The notes: generated by a model from the letters alone, not told the origin. 64,000 nucleotides of DNA from Halorutilales archaeon Cl-col2-1 (GCA_041891055.1 CP169074.1:640001-704000); one strand, 5' to 3'; numbered from the stretch's first letter, positions 38,548 to 46,773 are shown. Program-made: numbers and translations.

Positions 38548-39696
38548 TTAAACGCTTGCGGTTTGTGTCGTCTCGGAGAGGTCTTCGAGGCAGTCGAGCC
38601 AGTCGTGCATATACTCGCCGCAGTAGCTAAGGAACTCGCCGTTGTTGAGGTCATCCCAGTCGCCCTCGACGAGTGAGTCGGCTATCTCTTCGAAGACCTC
38701 CTCGTACGACTCAGCGTCGTCACCGACCGAGTCGACAGTCTCCCAGAGATGCTCGTTGAGTTCGAGACCCGCGACCTCGTTCTGTAGGTCGCTGAAGGTC
38801 GACCGCGGAGCCTTGTTGTGCTCACACAGCGGAGCACCGTTGTAGATACGTCTGTCGAGGACGTCACACGCGCGTTTAAGGAAGATACCCGACCAGATGT
38901 CGTCGAACCTGCCGACCTCCCACGGGTTGTCGTCCATCGGAAGCTGGTAGAAAGCGGGTATTATCTCGGGATCGAAGGCGAGATTCATCGAACAGACCGT
39001 GAGGTAGTTACGGCGCGCTGCTACGAAGTCGTCGCCGAAGTCGTCAGGCGTGGTACGTGTCTGTGCCTGTCCGTTGAGGTCACCGTCCATCAGAATACGT
39101 ACGGCGTCGAGGTCGGGTACGTTAGTCCAGAGACCCTGTGACGCGACTACGCCGTCGACCTCAGTAGTTTTGGTCGAGACGTCCTCGTCCATCGCGGAGT
39201 AGGGGTAGCCTCGGGGATACAGACCCTTCTCGTCGACGCTCTGATACAGCACGTTGACCCAGCTCTCGTCCGACGAGACCTCTGTGATCTCTCCCTCGAA
39301 CTCCAGGTTCTCGAGATGGTGACCGAAGAAGTCGTAGTCGTCGTGGGGCAACGTGTCGTCGTCTATGAAAAAGCAGTAGTCAAAGTCGTTCGCCCAGACG
39401 TAGAGTAGACCGAAGCTCGTCTGTGCGTGGCTAGCCTCAGGTATCAGATGTGAGTACTCGTCGATGCCGTGTTTGGAGAACCAGTCGTCGCGCCGGCTAC
39501 TGTCGAATACCTCACCAGAGACCCCCTCGTCTTCGAGCATCCGCTCCATCTCGTCGGTGTCACAGAAATCCTCGGTCACGAGTAGAACGTGGAGACGTGA
39601 GAGGTCGAAGCCGTGTTGGCGTGCGTTCTCGAAGTAGCTTCTCATACAGCCGTACTCACGTATCGTGGGAACAACTACGCAGATGTCAGAGTCCAT
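38548..39696 (-). CDS. Reversibly glycosylated polypeptide / GT75-like protein (often annotated alpha-1,4-glucan-protein synthase)
   Basis: VVVPTIR, FIDDD, YPRGYPYS, QGLWTNVPDLDA, CSMNLAF and GRFDDIWSG motifs. Confidence 0.82.
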   Translation of the reverse strand: MDSDICVVVPTIREYGCMRSYFENARQHGFDLSRLHVLLVTEDFCDTDEMERMLEDEGVSGEVFDSSRRDDWFSKHGIDEYSHLIPEASHAQTSFGLLYVWANDFDYCFFIDDDTLPHDDYDFFGHHLENLEFEGEITEVSSDESWVNVLYQSVDEKGLYPRGYPYSAMDEDVSTKTTEVDGVVASQGLWTNVPDLDAVRILMDGDLNGQAQTRTTPDDFGDDFVAARRNYLTVCSMNLAFDPEIIPAFYQLPMDDNPWEVGRFDDIWSGIFLKRACDVLDRRIYNGAPLCEHNKAPRSTFSDLQNEVAGLELNEHLWETVDSVGDDAESYEEVFEEIADSLVEGDWDDLNNGEFLSYCGEYMHDWLDCLEDLSETTQTASV

Positions 39697-39710
39697 CGAG
39701 TCGTAGTTTT

Positions 39711-39724
39711 TTAGGCAAGCCTAA
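39711..39724. promoter_or_regulatory. Putative DtxR-family operator box TTAGGCAAGCCTAA
   Basis: Extends to TTTTAGGCAAGCCTAAAA; 14 bp upstream of the GT75 ATG and overlapping the upstream gene's stop codon. Confidence 0.75.
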
Positions 39725-40737
39725 AAGACTTCGGATTCTTCGTGAGTTGAGGAGACCCCAAGCGACGGGAACGCGATGCCACCGCCGACAAGGGTCACCG
39801 CGTTCTTGAGGAGATGGTCGAGTGCCGCCGCGGCGAGTGCGACTGACGGTTCGACTGTCGAGAGAGCCACGAAGACAGCGGTGAAGCCACCCTCGTAGAG
39901 TCCGACGCCCCCCTGTGAGAGCGGGAGTACCTTGGCTAGGTTACCGACGCTCACGGCTAGACTTCCGAGAAGAAGAGCCGTCAGGGGCTCGAGTGGAACC
40001 CCGACAGCGTAGACGACAGCTACACCCGTGAGGACGTCGAGGAGCCAGACCGCCGTGGTTCCGGCTCCGACATAGACGAGGCTCCTCGGCTGCCCCGCGA
40101 CACAGAGTACGTCTGAGACGAAGTCACTCAGGGTCTCGAAGACCGAAGACAGTCTTCCTCGAAGAGTCAGACGCGGGAGACGTCTGTATACCAAGGCTAC
40201 TCCGATGCCGACTCCAACAGCTCCTCCGGCTACGCCTAAAGCCGTCTGACCTCCAAAGGGTAGCCGCTGTGTCACACGGACTCCGCTCAGATGTAGAAGA
40301 GACGCCGAGACCACAGATATTCCGAGTACAGCGGCTAAGTCGAAACCTCTCTCGACGACGAGCGACGCCGCACCTGTGGTGTACGGGACGTCGGATCTCG
40401 ACTTGAGTATGTAGGCACGCACGGGATCGCCGCCCCTCGCCGGGAGCACGAGGTTGACGGTCTGGCTAGCGAGTACCGCCATCGTGAGGAGGCTGAGACC
40501 GTCTGTGTGCCCCATTGAACCGAGTATGTCGGAGTAACGTCTCCCACGGAAGAGCCACGAGACGGCATAGACACAGACGCCGACCCCGAGGAGAAGAGGA
40601 TCGGCAGACACGGCTCCTTCGACCGCGTCGTCGAAGTCGGCGTCCCCAAAGGCTACGAGGAGACCGCCAAGAGCTAAAGCTGTACCCGCGACTGCGAACA
40701 GACCGCGTCTCGACGTCCACTGTCTCACGAACTCCAT
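39721..40737 (-). CDS. Lysylphosphatidylglycerol-synthase TM-domain (flippase-like, AglD2-like) protein
   Basis: R..R, NLVLPARGGD..R, ER.FD and P.SQGGVGLYE motifs; multi-TM. Confidence 0.8.
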   Translation of the reverse strand: MEFVRQWTSRRGLFAVAGTALALGGLLVAFGDADFDDAVEGAVSADPLLLGVGVCVYAVSWLFRGRRYSDILGSMGHTDGLSLLTMAVLASQTVNLVLPARGGDPVRAYILKSRSDVPYTTGAASLVVERGFDLAAVLGISVVSASLLHLSGVRVTQRLPFGGQTALGVAGGAVGVGIGVALVYRRLPRLTLRGRLSSVFETLSDFVSDVLCVAGQPRSLVYVGAGTTAVWLLDVLTGVAVVYAVGVPLEPLTALLLGSLAVSVGNLAKVLPLSQGGVGLYEGGFTAVFVALSTVEPSVALAAAALDHLLKNAVTLVGGGIAFPSLGVSSTHEESEVF

Positions 40738-40751
40738 CTACCTCGTATTTT

Positions 40752-40765
40752 TTAAGCCAGCCTAA
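40752..40765. promoter_or_regulatory. Putative DtxR-family operator box TTAAGCCAGCCTAA (one mismatch)
   Basis: 14 bp upstream of the first gene of the cluster, flanked by T and A runs. Confidence 0.65.
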
Positions 40766-40821
40766 AAAACTTCGTATATCCGACAGTGTCGAGTCTGAAG
40801 AAAAGAGAAATACGTTCTACT

Positions 40822-42075
40822 CTACTGAGTACGTCTTCTGCTGTCCGAAGCGAGAGCGTCGTCGTAGAGCTTGATGAAGAGATCCTCTATCTCTTCCTTC
40901 GAGGGCTTCCTCGGGTTGTTGTCGGGCGATCCCGAGTCGACGGCGTCCTGTGCCATCTTCGGAACGACCTCGACGTACTCGCCGCGGTCGGGTACCTCAC
41001 CGAAGTCGTCGAGGTACGAAGTGAGCTTGATGTCCTCACACAGCTCCATGACTGCGTCGCTTGCCTTCTTAGCCGCTTCCATGTCGGTGTCGTCGTCGTC
41101 CGCCGCTCCCATGATACGTGCTATCTCGGCGTACTTCTCGGGTGCCGCCATCGCGGAGAACTCTATGACGTACGGGAGTATGAGTCCGTTGGCGAGTCCG
41201 TGGGGGATATGTAGCTGTGCTCCGAGGGGACGTGCCATTCCGTGGACGAGTGCGACAGACGAGTTGGTGAAAGCCTGTCCCGCCTGAAGCTGTCCTATCA
41301 TCATGTCGGTACGCGCCTCTATGTCGTCTCCGTTCGCCCACGCCTTTCTGAGCGAGTTCGAGATGCGCTCCATCGCGTTCTCGGCGAAGTTGTCGGGGAC
41401 GCTGTACGACTTGACAGAGACGTACGCCTCTATTGCGTGAGTCAGAGCGTCTATTCCCGTGAACGCGGTGTGGCTCTCGGGGAGCGACATCGTCATCTCG
41501 GGGTCTTCTATAGCGACGTCGGGAACGACGTTCTTCGAGACTATGAGGAACTTCGTAGAAGTCGACTCGTCGGTGACGACGACCGAACGCGTCGCCTCAC
41601 TTCCCGTACCGGCTGTGGTGTTGATCGAGATCGTGGGAGGTGTGGGCTTGGGAACTCCCTCGTATCCCGCCTTGTCGACTCCGAAGTCACGTATCTCGCC
41701 CTCGTTCGAGGCGACAATTCCGATTCCCTTTCCTGTGTCTATCGACGATCCTCCGCCGAGGGTGACTATGACGTCACAGTCCTCTTCCTCCCATACCTCG
41801 TAGCCGTCCTCTATGTTCTCGACAGTCGGATCGGGTCTTACGCCGTCGAAGACAGCGGTCTCGACTCCGGCGTCTTCGAGTATCTCGACGACTTGGTCGC
41901 CGTAGAAGCCGTAGAGATCCTCTGTCGTGACGACAAGAGCCTTGCTTCCGTAGACGTCAGCGTACTCGCCTATCTTCTGTATCGCTCCTCTCCCTATCTC
42001 TATCTTTCCGGGAGAGACGACGAGACGCGTGCCGTTCGACGGATCGGGGTACTTAGTCTGGTCAGGTTCTGCCAT
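40822..42075 (-). CDS. Iron-containing (type III) alcohol dehydrogenase
   Basis: GGGSSID, TTAGTGSE, DALTHAIE and HGMA...HG metal ligands. Confidence 0.9.
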   Translation of the reverse strand: MAEPDQTKYPDPSNGTRLVVSPGKIEIGRGAIQKIGEYADVYGSKALVVTTEDLYGFYGDQVVEILEDAGVETAVFDGVRPDPTVENIEDGYEVWEEEDCDVIVTLGGGSSIDTGKGIGIVASNEGEIRDFGVDKAGYEGVPKPTPPTISINTTAGTGSEATRSVVVTDESTSTKFLIVSKNVVPDVAIEDPEMTMSLPESHTAFTGIDALTHAIEAYVSVKSYSVPDNFAENAMERISNSLRKAWANGDDIEARTDMMIGQLQAGQAFTNSSVALVHGMARPLGAQLHIPHGLANGLILPYVIEFSAMAAPEKYAEIARIMGAADDDDTDMEAAKKASDAVMELCEDIKLTSYLDDFGEVPDRGEYVEVVPKMAQDAVDSGSPDNNPRKPSKEEIEDLFIKLYDDALASDSRRRTQ

Positions 42076-42253
42076 ACAATTGAGTTTTCTTAAGAGAAGT
42101 TTATAACTTATGATAGACGGTTAGGAAAAACAGAACGACAGAACGGGTACTTACCGATGCCACCCCTTTCCACCAGTATAGTACAGCCTATAAGACAGGG
42201 GTCGCGTAAAAATACCTGTCCCTTCTACATAAGATACTACACTAGTAGTCGTA

Positions 42254-42476
42254 CTATACAGCCGCCGTGTCGGGCATCTCGTGTCTCCGTATCAGGTAGA
42301 ACGCGCCCGTCAGAACACCGAGGAGGAGAGCGTACGCTGCAGCTGTGACAAGGGCGTCGGTGGGAGTAGCGTACTTGTCGGCGCGGTATGTGATGATCTT
42401 CCGTCCTATGGCTATCATGCCCGATACGACGACTATACGTATCACAGGCTCGTCTCGGCTGTAAGCTACGACAGTC
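42254..42476 (-). pseudogene. C-terminal fragment of a PsiE-like membrane protein gene split by the IS
   Basis: TVVAYSRDEPVIRIVVVSGMIAIGRKII (PsiE-like IA..RK.I); continues the fragment at 44019-44245. Confidence 0.75.
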
Positions 42477-42501
42477 GTCAACCGCCTCGGGGTCAAGCCC
42501 C

Positions 42502-42550
42502 GTCCCGAGAGCTTTGCTCTCGCGGGCTCGCAAATCGAAGATTTGCGAAC
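42502..42550. repeat. 49-bp double mini-hairpin cassette inside the right-end hairpin of the IS
   Basis: CGAGAGC-TTT-GCTCTCG (42506-42522) and TCGCAAATC-GAA-GATTTGCGA (42528-42548); removing it restores GCCTCGGGGTCAAGCCCCGAGGC. Confidence 0.8.
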
Positions 42551-42574
42551 GAGGCTTGTCAGTGGACTCCCGCT

Positions 42575-43804
42575 CTATCCGAGCAACTCGGAAGGCGTGT
42601 AATCGCCGTTCGCGTTCAACGTCCCTGACTTGAGGGCCAGTTGACTGGTGGCCCGTCCAGCACCAGACTTGAGCCAGTGCTGAACAAGACGCCACCCAAT
42701 GTTTCGGGCAGCATTATAGTCGGAGTGCAGTTCCTTCCCACACTTCAGGCACTCAAACTCGTCACCATCACGGTTGTCCTCGTGCGTGAATCCGCACTCG
42801 CCGTGACTGCACCGCTGCGACGTGTACTGCGGTGCAACGTCATCCACATCGATACCGTACTCTTCGGCCTTGTATTCGACGTGGCGTTGGAGTTCGCGGA
42901 ACGCCCACTGCTGGAACTTGCTGGCGTTCGAGATGCGTTCGCGGATGTGCGTCAGGTTCTCGAACGCAATCGCCGTGCAGTCGTTCTCCACGGCTTCCTG
43001 CACAATCGCTTTCGAGACGCGGTGGAGGTAGTCCGCACTCCACCGAGCGAACCGTGAGCCGATACTCTTGATGGTGATGTGCGCGGAACGAGTGCCTGTC
43101 TGTTGCAGGTTTCCGCGACGACGTTCATACTCGTCACGCTTGTGGTTGAGATAGTCTGCATTGCCGAGGAACGCTCCCGTGCTGGTGACCGCGAGGTAGC
43201 TGTCCACGTTCAAGTCAACGCCGAGAACCACTCCGTTCTCGGTCGATTCGTCGCTAGAATCAGCGGGTTCGACTTCTTTCTCGACTGCGACGTGGAGGTA
43301 GTACGTGCCGTCACGCTTGTGGAGTGTTGCTTCCTTGCGTTCCCACTCTGGCGTCCAATACTCCGCGAAGGGTGTCCCCGCGTCGTCTTCGGGCGTGACA
43401 AACTCGGCAGTCACGCGGTCGCCAACCGTGGCGAGCGTTACGTGGTCGTCGTGATAGGTGATGGTACGCCCATTGTACACGACAACTGAGCCTCGGAACT
43501 CTGGCTTGCTGGCTTTCTTACCGTCGTCAAGGATGCGGTCTTTGCAGTTGCCGAGTGCGTCGGCGGCGAGGTTTCGGGCAGATTGGACGAGACTGGATTG
43601 TAGATTTGTCTGCTCCCGAACGTCGGTGTAGGTTTGGTCGTGGAGCGTGTTTTTGGTGTCCTCGATTTCTGTAGGGTCGTCACTCCATCCAGCGTCAGCG
43701 ACGTGTTGGGCCGCTTGGCGGAATTGCTCGAACGTCTCCTCGAGAACGCTGTGAGCGTCCTCGGGAACGTCGAGCTTTAGCTGGATGTTGCGGACGACCT
43801 CCAT
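42575..43804 (-). CDS. tnpB: RNA-guided endonuclease TnpB
   Basis: RuvC-I VLGVDLN, RuvC-II IAFENL, YTSQRCS..CG...CLKCG zinc finger, RuvC-III SDYNAARNI; all three catalytic acidic residues present. Confidence 0.93.
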   Translation of the reverse strand: MEVVRNIQLKLDVPEDAHSVLEETFEQFRQAAQHVADAGWSDDPTEIEDTKNTLHDQTYTDVREQTNLQSSLVQSARNLAADALGNCKDRILDDGKKASKPEFRGSVVVYNGRTITYHDDHVTLATVGDRVTAEFVTPEDDAGTPFAEYWTPEWERKEATLHKRDGTYYLHVAVEKEVEPADSSDESTENGVVLGVDLNVDSYLAVTSTGAFLGNADYLNHKRDEYERRRGNLQQTGTRSAHITIKSIGSRFARWSADYLHRVSKAIVQEAVENDCTAIAFENLTHIRERISNASKFQQWAFRELQRHVEYKAEEYGIDVDDVAPQYTSQRCSHGECGFTHEDNRDGDEFECLKCGKELHSDYNAARNIGWRLVQHWLKSGAGRATSQLALKSGTLNANGDYTPSELLG

Positions 43805-43923
43805 ACTTCATTAGTATGCTTGGAGATACTTAAGAGTATTTTTCGGGCGTGGGAGAGTCGGCCTTGCCATCGTGTGTGGTTTGTGTCATCGAGTGTCGGC
43901 TTCCTCCCCGACCTCAAGGATCG

Positions 43924-43996
43924 TTCGCAAATCTTCGATTTGCGACTGTAGCCAATCAAAGATTGGCATACCCACGAGATCGAAGATCTCGGGATG
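43924..43996. repeat. 73-bp triple mini-hairpin cassette inside the left-end hairpin of the IS
   Basis: TCGCAAATC-TTC-GATTTGCGA (43925-43945), GCCAATC-AAA-GATTGGC (43951-43967), CGAGATC-GAA-GATCTCG (43975-43991); removing it restores CCCCGACCTCAAGGATCGGGG. Confidence 0.8.
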
Positions 43997-44018
43997 GGGT
44001 ATCCGCCTCGCTATCTCT

Positions 44019-44245
44019 ATGAAGAGGAGGAGCGCTGTGTCTATCAGACCAACGACCTCACGTGCCTCTGTGATACGTCCTGTACGGGCTAGCTCGACTA
44101 TCGAGAGTCCGAAGTCGAAGACACCGACGCCAAACAGAACGACAAGCACCCCCGCGGTTACGAGTTCTAGCCACCTCATTACCTCCTCTAACTTCTCGGC
44201 GAAGGTCGCCTCGTGGAAACGTCGGAGGAGTCTGTCACTCTGCAT
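44019..44245 (-). pseudogene. N-terminal fragment of the PsiE-like gene split by the IS
   Basis: MQSDR...ELVTAGVLVVLFGVGVFD...LIDTALLLF, after which the frame runs into IS sequence. Confidence 0.75.
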
Positions 44246-44343
44246 AGCTTCGGGGCACGTGTAGGTACAGCCGGGTTAAGAAAGCTGTGTGACCAGGGAC
44301 AACGTACTGCAAAGCACAAGAGGTTCGAACGGCTCTCTTCTAC

Positions 44344-45129
44344 ATGGAGAGATTCGGAAACGTAACGAGGAACCCTGAGGAGTGTGAAGAGTTCGATCTG
44401 TGTTTCTATGAGGTCAACGACGTAGTCGGAAGGAGCGAGGAGCCACGGGACGACTGCCACAACATGGTCTCTGTCTTCGGTGACAACGCCGCAGTCGAGG
44501 AGAACCCCGGACTCGCGCCAGTCGACTCCGAGGGGAGACGCGCGGTGCGTGACGACGACCGTTTCGACTGGGACTACGTCTGCCCGACTTCGGAGTACAG
44601 GGACGAGATACTTACGTACATAGAAGACTGTGACGTAGGCGACGGAGTACGTCTCGACACTCTCGGCTTCCCGCGCGAGGACTTCTGCCGGTGTGAGAGA
44701 TGTACCGACGAGTTCGAGGCGTCGAACCTCGACTGGGAGGACTGGCGCGCCTCCGTTATTACAGAGACAGTCGAATCCGCCGCGGATAAGGTATCAGATG
44801 ACACCGACCTCTCGCTCACACTCTACCCTGACCCGTCGGCGGAACATCAGTACGAGAGGTTCGGTCTCGACCTCAAACGCGCCGACGAGATAGTCGACTT
44901 CTACGTCGTCCCAATCTATGACATGCATTATGAGACGACCTACTGGCTCGAGACACTCGCCTGGAACTTCGACGACCTCCTCGACTCGCCCTTCTACGTC
45001 GAACTCTACGCTCCCGTCGAAAAGGAGAGACTTGAGAAGGCGACCGAAGTAAGCTTACCTCACTCCGACGGCGTCCTCTACGCCTACGACGACGAGATGG
45101 CGCGCGATATGGTCGAGGAGCACACCTAG
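44344..45129 (+). CDS. Conserved hypothetical protein, possible TIM-barrel/glycoside-hydrolase-like fold with a Cys motif
   Basis: WDYVCP, GVRLD, FCRCERC, W..WR...I and D..V.P.Y motifs; acidic, host-like codons. Confidence 0.6.
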   Translation: MERFGNVTRNPEECEEFDLCFYEVNDVVGRSEEPRDDCHNMVSVFGDNAAVEENPGLAPVDSEGRRAVRDDDRFDWDYVCPTSEYRDEILTYIEDCDVGDGVRLDTLGFPREDFCRCERCTDEFEASNLDWEDWRASVITETVESAADKVSDDTDLSLTLYPDPSAEHQYERFGLDLKRADEIVDFYVVPIYDMHYETTYWLETLAWNFDDLLDSPFYVELYAPVEKERLEKATEVSLPHSDGVLYAYDDEMARDMVEEHT

Positions 45130-45170
45130 ACTTAGCGAGGATTAATTAAGTCGGCGCGACATCCTGCTTT

Positions 45171-45638
45171 ATGACCGAGTTCACACATATAGAGGACGAC
45201 AGAGCACGTATGGTAGACATCTCCGACAAGGAAGACATCGAAAGGGTATCGGTCGCAAGAGGACGTATAGACCTCCAGACCGAGACTGTCGATGCTATAC
45301 GTGAGGGCGACGTCGAGAAGGGGAATGTCCTCTCTGTCGCACGTGTCGCGGGTATTCAGGCTGTCAAGAGGACGTGGGATAACATACCTATGTGTCATCA
45401 GATACCCATAACGGGTGTTACTGTCGACTTCGAGTTCGACGACAACGGGATTCAGTCAGTCGTCGAGGTCACGACTACGGGGAAGACGGGCGTCGAGATG
45501 GAGGCTCTGAGCGGGGTATCGGCTTCCCTACTTACCGTCTGGGACATGGTCAAGAGCGCCGAGAAGGACGACGAGGGTCAGTACCCCGACACCGCGATAA
45601 ACGACGTGCGTGTTGAGGAGAAGATCAAGAAGAACTGA
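45171..45638 (+). CDS. moaC: Cyclic pyranopterin monophosphate synthase
   Basis: FTH...MVDIS.K, KGNVL..AR.AGI, IPMCH, TGVEMEAL and WDMVKS motifs. Confidence 0.95.
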   Translation: MTEFTHIEDDRARMVDISDKEDIERVSVARGRIDLQTETVDAIREGDVEKGNVLSVARVAGIQAVKRTWDNIPMCHQIPITGVTVDFEFDDNGIQSVVEVTTTGKTGVEMEALSGVSASLLTVWDMVKSAEKDDEGQYPDTAINDVRVEEKIKKN

Positions 45639-45924
45639 TCTTGAAGACGGGTTTGTCTATCCTCTCGGTCTTGCAGTCGGGACACCGCGACGGGTAGTTG
45701 ACGGGATCGTCGAAGCCGTCGAAGCCACATTCGCGGCACTCGGGAGGTGCGACCAAGAGTGTCTCGTCGGTCGACCTGAGGGACTTACGTATGTGTTCGA
45801 GGTGGTCGTAGACCTGCGAAGCCGGGATGTCAGTCTCGTCGGAGATCGCGTCAGCTGTCGAGGATTCGCGGCGTAGTATACGGATTATCTTCTCGCGTGT
45901 GGTTGTAGTCTTCGAGTCTTCCAT
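45625..45924 (-). CDS. HTH plus Zn-ribbon transcriptional regulator (COG3357-like)
   Basis: TTREKI, VYDHLEHI, PPECRECGF and SRCPDCK motifs. Confidence 0.8.
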   Translation of the reverse strand: MEDSKTTTTREKIIRILRRESSTADAISDETDIPASQVYDHLEHIRKSLRSTDETLLVAPPECRECGFDGFDDPVNYPSRCPDCKTERIDKPVFKISSS

Positions 45925-46026
45925 GGTGTATCCGTCTGTCCTGGGTACGTCGTCGTCACGCACAAGTCTTTCTACCTTACTTGTTCAGACGGAAAGTTGA
46001 AGAGACGCCGTCTCCAAGGTCTTAGC

Positions 46027-46773
46027 ATGCAGTCTAACGATCAGATGGCATACGACCGGGGGAGTACCATATTCAGTCCCGATGGTCGTCTCTACCAGGT
46101 CGAGTACGCACGTGAGGCGGTCAAAAGGGGAAGCGTGACTATCGGGGTCAAGACCTCGGAAAGCGTCGTCCTACTCGCAGAGAAACGTATCAACTCTCCG
46201 CTTCTAGTCTCTGAGAGCATAGAGAAGCTCTATGGAGTCGACGAACATATCTCGGTTGCCGCGAGTGGGCACGTCGCCGACGCCCGACGTCTCGTCGACC
46301 TCGCACGTGTCGAGACACAGCGCGACAGATACATGTACGACGAGGCGATGGACGCACGTACACTCGCCAAACAGATAGGAGACCAGATACAGGAGTTCAC
46401 TCAGTACGGCGGAACGCGTCCCTTCGGCTGTGCTCTCCTCGTCGCGGGCGTCACCGAGAACGACGTACAGCTAATAGAGACCGAGCCCTCGGGTGCGATA
46501 ATAGAGTACAAGGCAGCGAGCATAGGTAAGGGGAGGAACGAGGTCGAGGAGATACTCGAAGAGAGATACGAAGAGGAGATGTCAACCGAGGATGGTATAC
46601 GTCTCGCCGTCAAGGCACTGAAGGAGAGCGACGCCGACACAGAGATAGACAAGGTCGAGGCGATGGTAGTCGACACCGACGGCACGAGGAAGCTATCCGA
46701 TGACGACCTGAGACCCTACATAGAGGAGGTAAACGACACCCAAGTATCAGATGACGAGTCGGAAGAGGAGTAA
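46027..46773 (+). CDS. psmA: 20S proteasome alpha subunit
   Basis: YDRGSTIFSPDGRLYQVEYAREAV and TQYGGTRPFG signatures. Confidence 0.95.
   Translation: MQSNDQMAYDRGSTIFSPDGRLYQVEYAREAVKRGSVTIGVKTSESVVLLAEKRINSPLLVSESIEKLYGVDEHISVAASGHVADARRLVDLARVETQRDRYMYDEAMDARTLAKQIGDQIQEFTQYGGTRPFGCALLVAGVTENDVQLIETEPSGAIIEYKAASIGKGRNEVEEILEERYEEEMSTEDGIRLAVKALKESDADTEIDKVEAMVVDTDGTRKLSDDDLRPYIEEVNDTQVSDDESEEE

Larger units (their letters stand above)
42477..44018 (-). mobile_element. IS200/IS605-family (IS1341-type, tnpB-only) element, about 1.54 kb
   Basis: tnpB with no tnpA; subterminal hairpins at both ends; on the minus strand it follows TTCAT and ends GGCGGTTGAC; no target duplication; codon usage differs from the host. 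Ends are inferred to within a few bp. Confidence 0.85.

Noticed and set aside
40822-42075. Iron-containing ADH as part of the iron-box cluster
   Set aside because: I found no TTAGG-N4-CCTAA box upstream of it, and the next gene has its own box, so adjacency alone is insufficient.
43924-43996. Hairpin cassettes as a mini-CRISPR array, with TnpB as Cas12f
   Set aside because: The units are not identical direct repeats, the gaps between hairpins are only 5-7 bp, there are no cas genes, and the context is an IS200/IS605 end.
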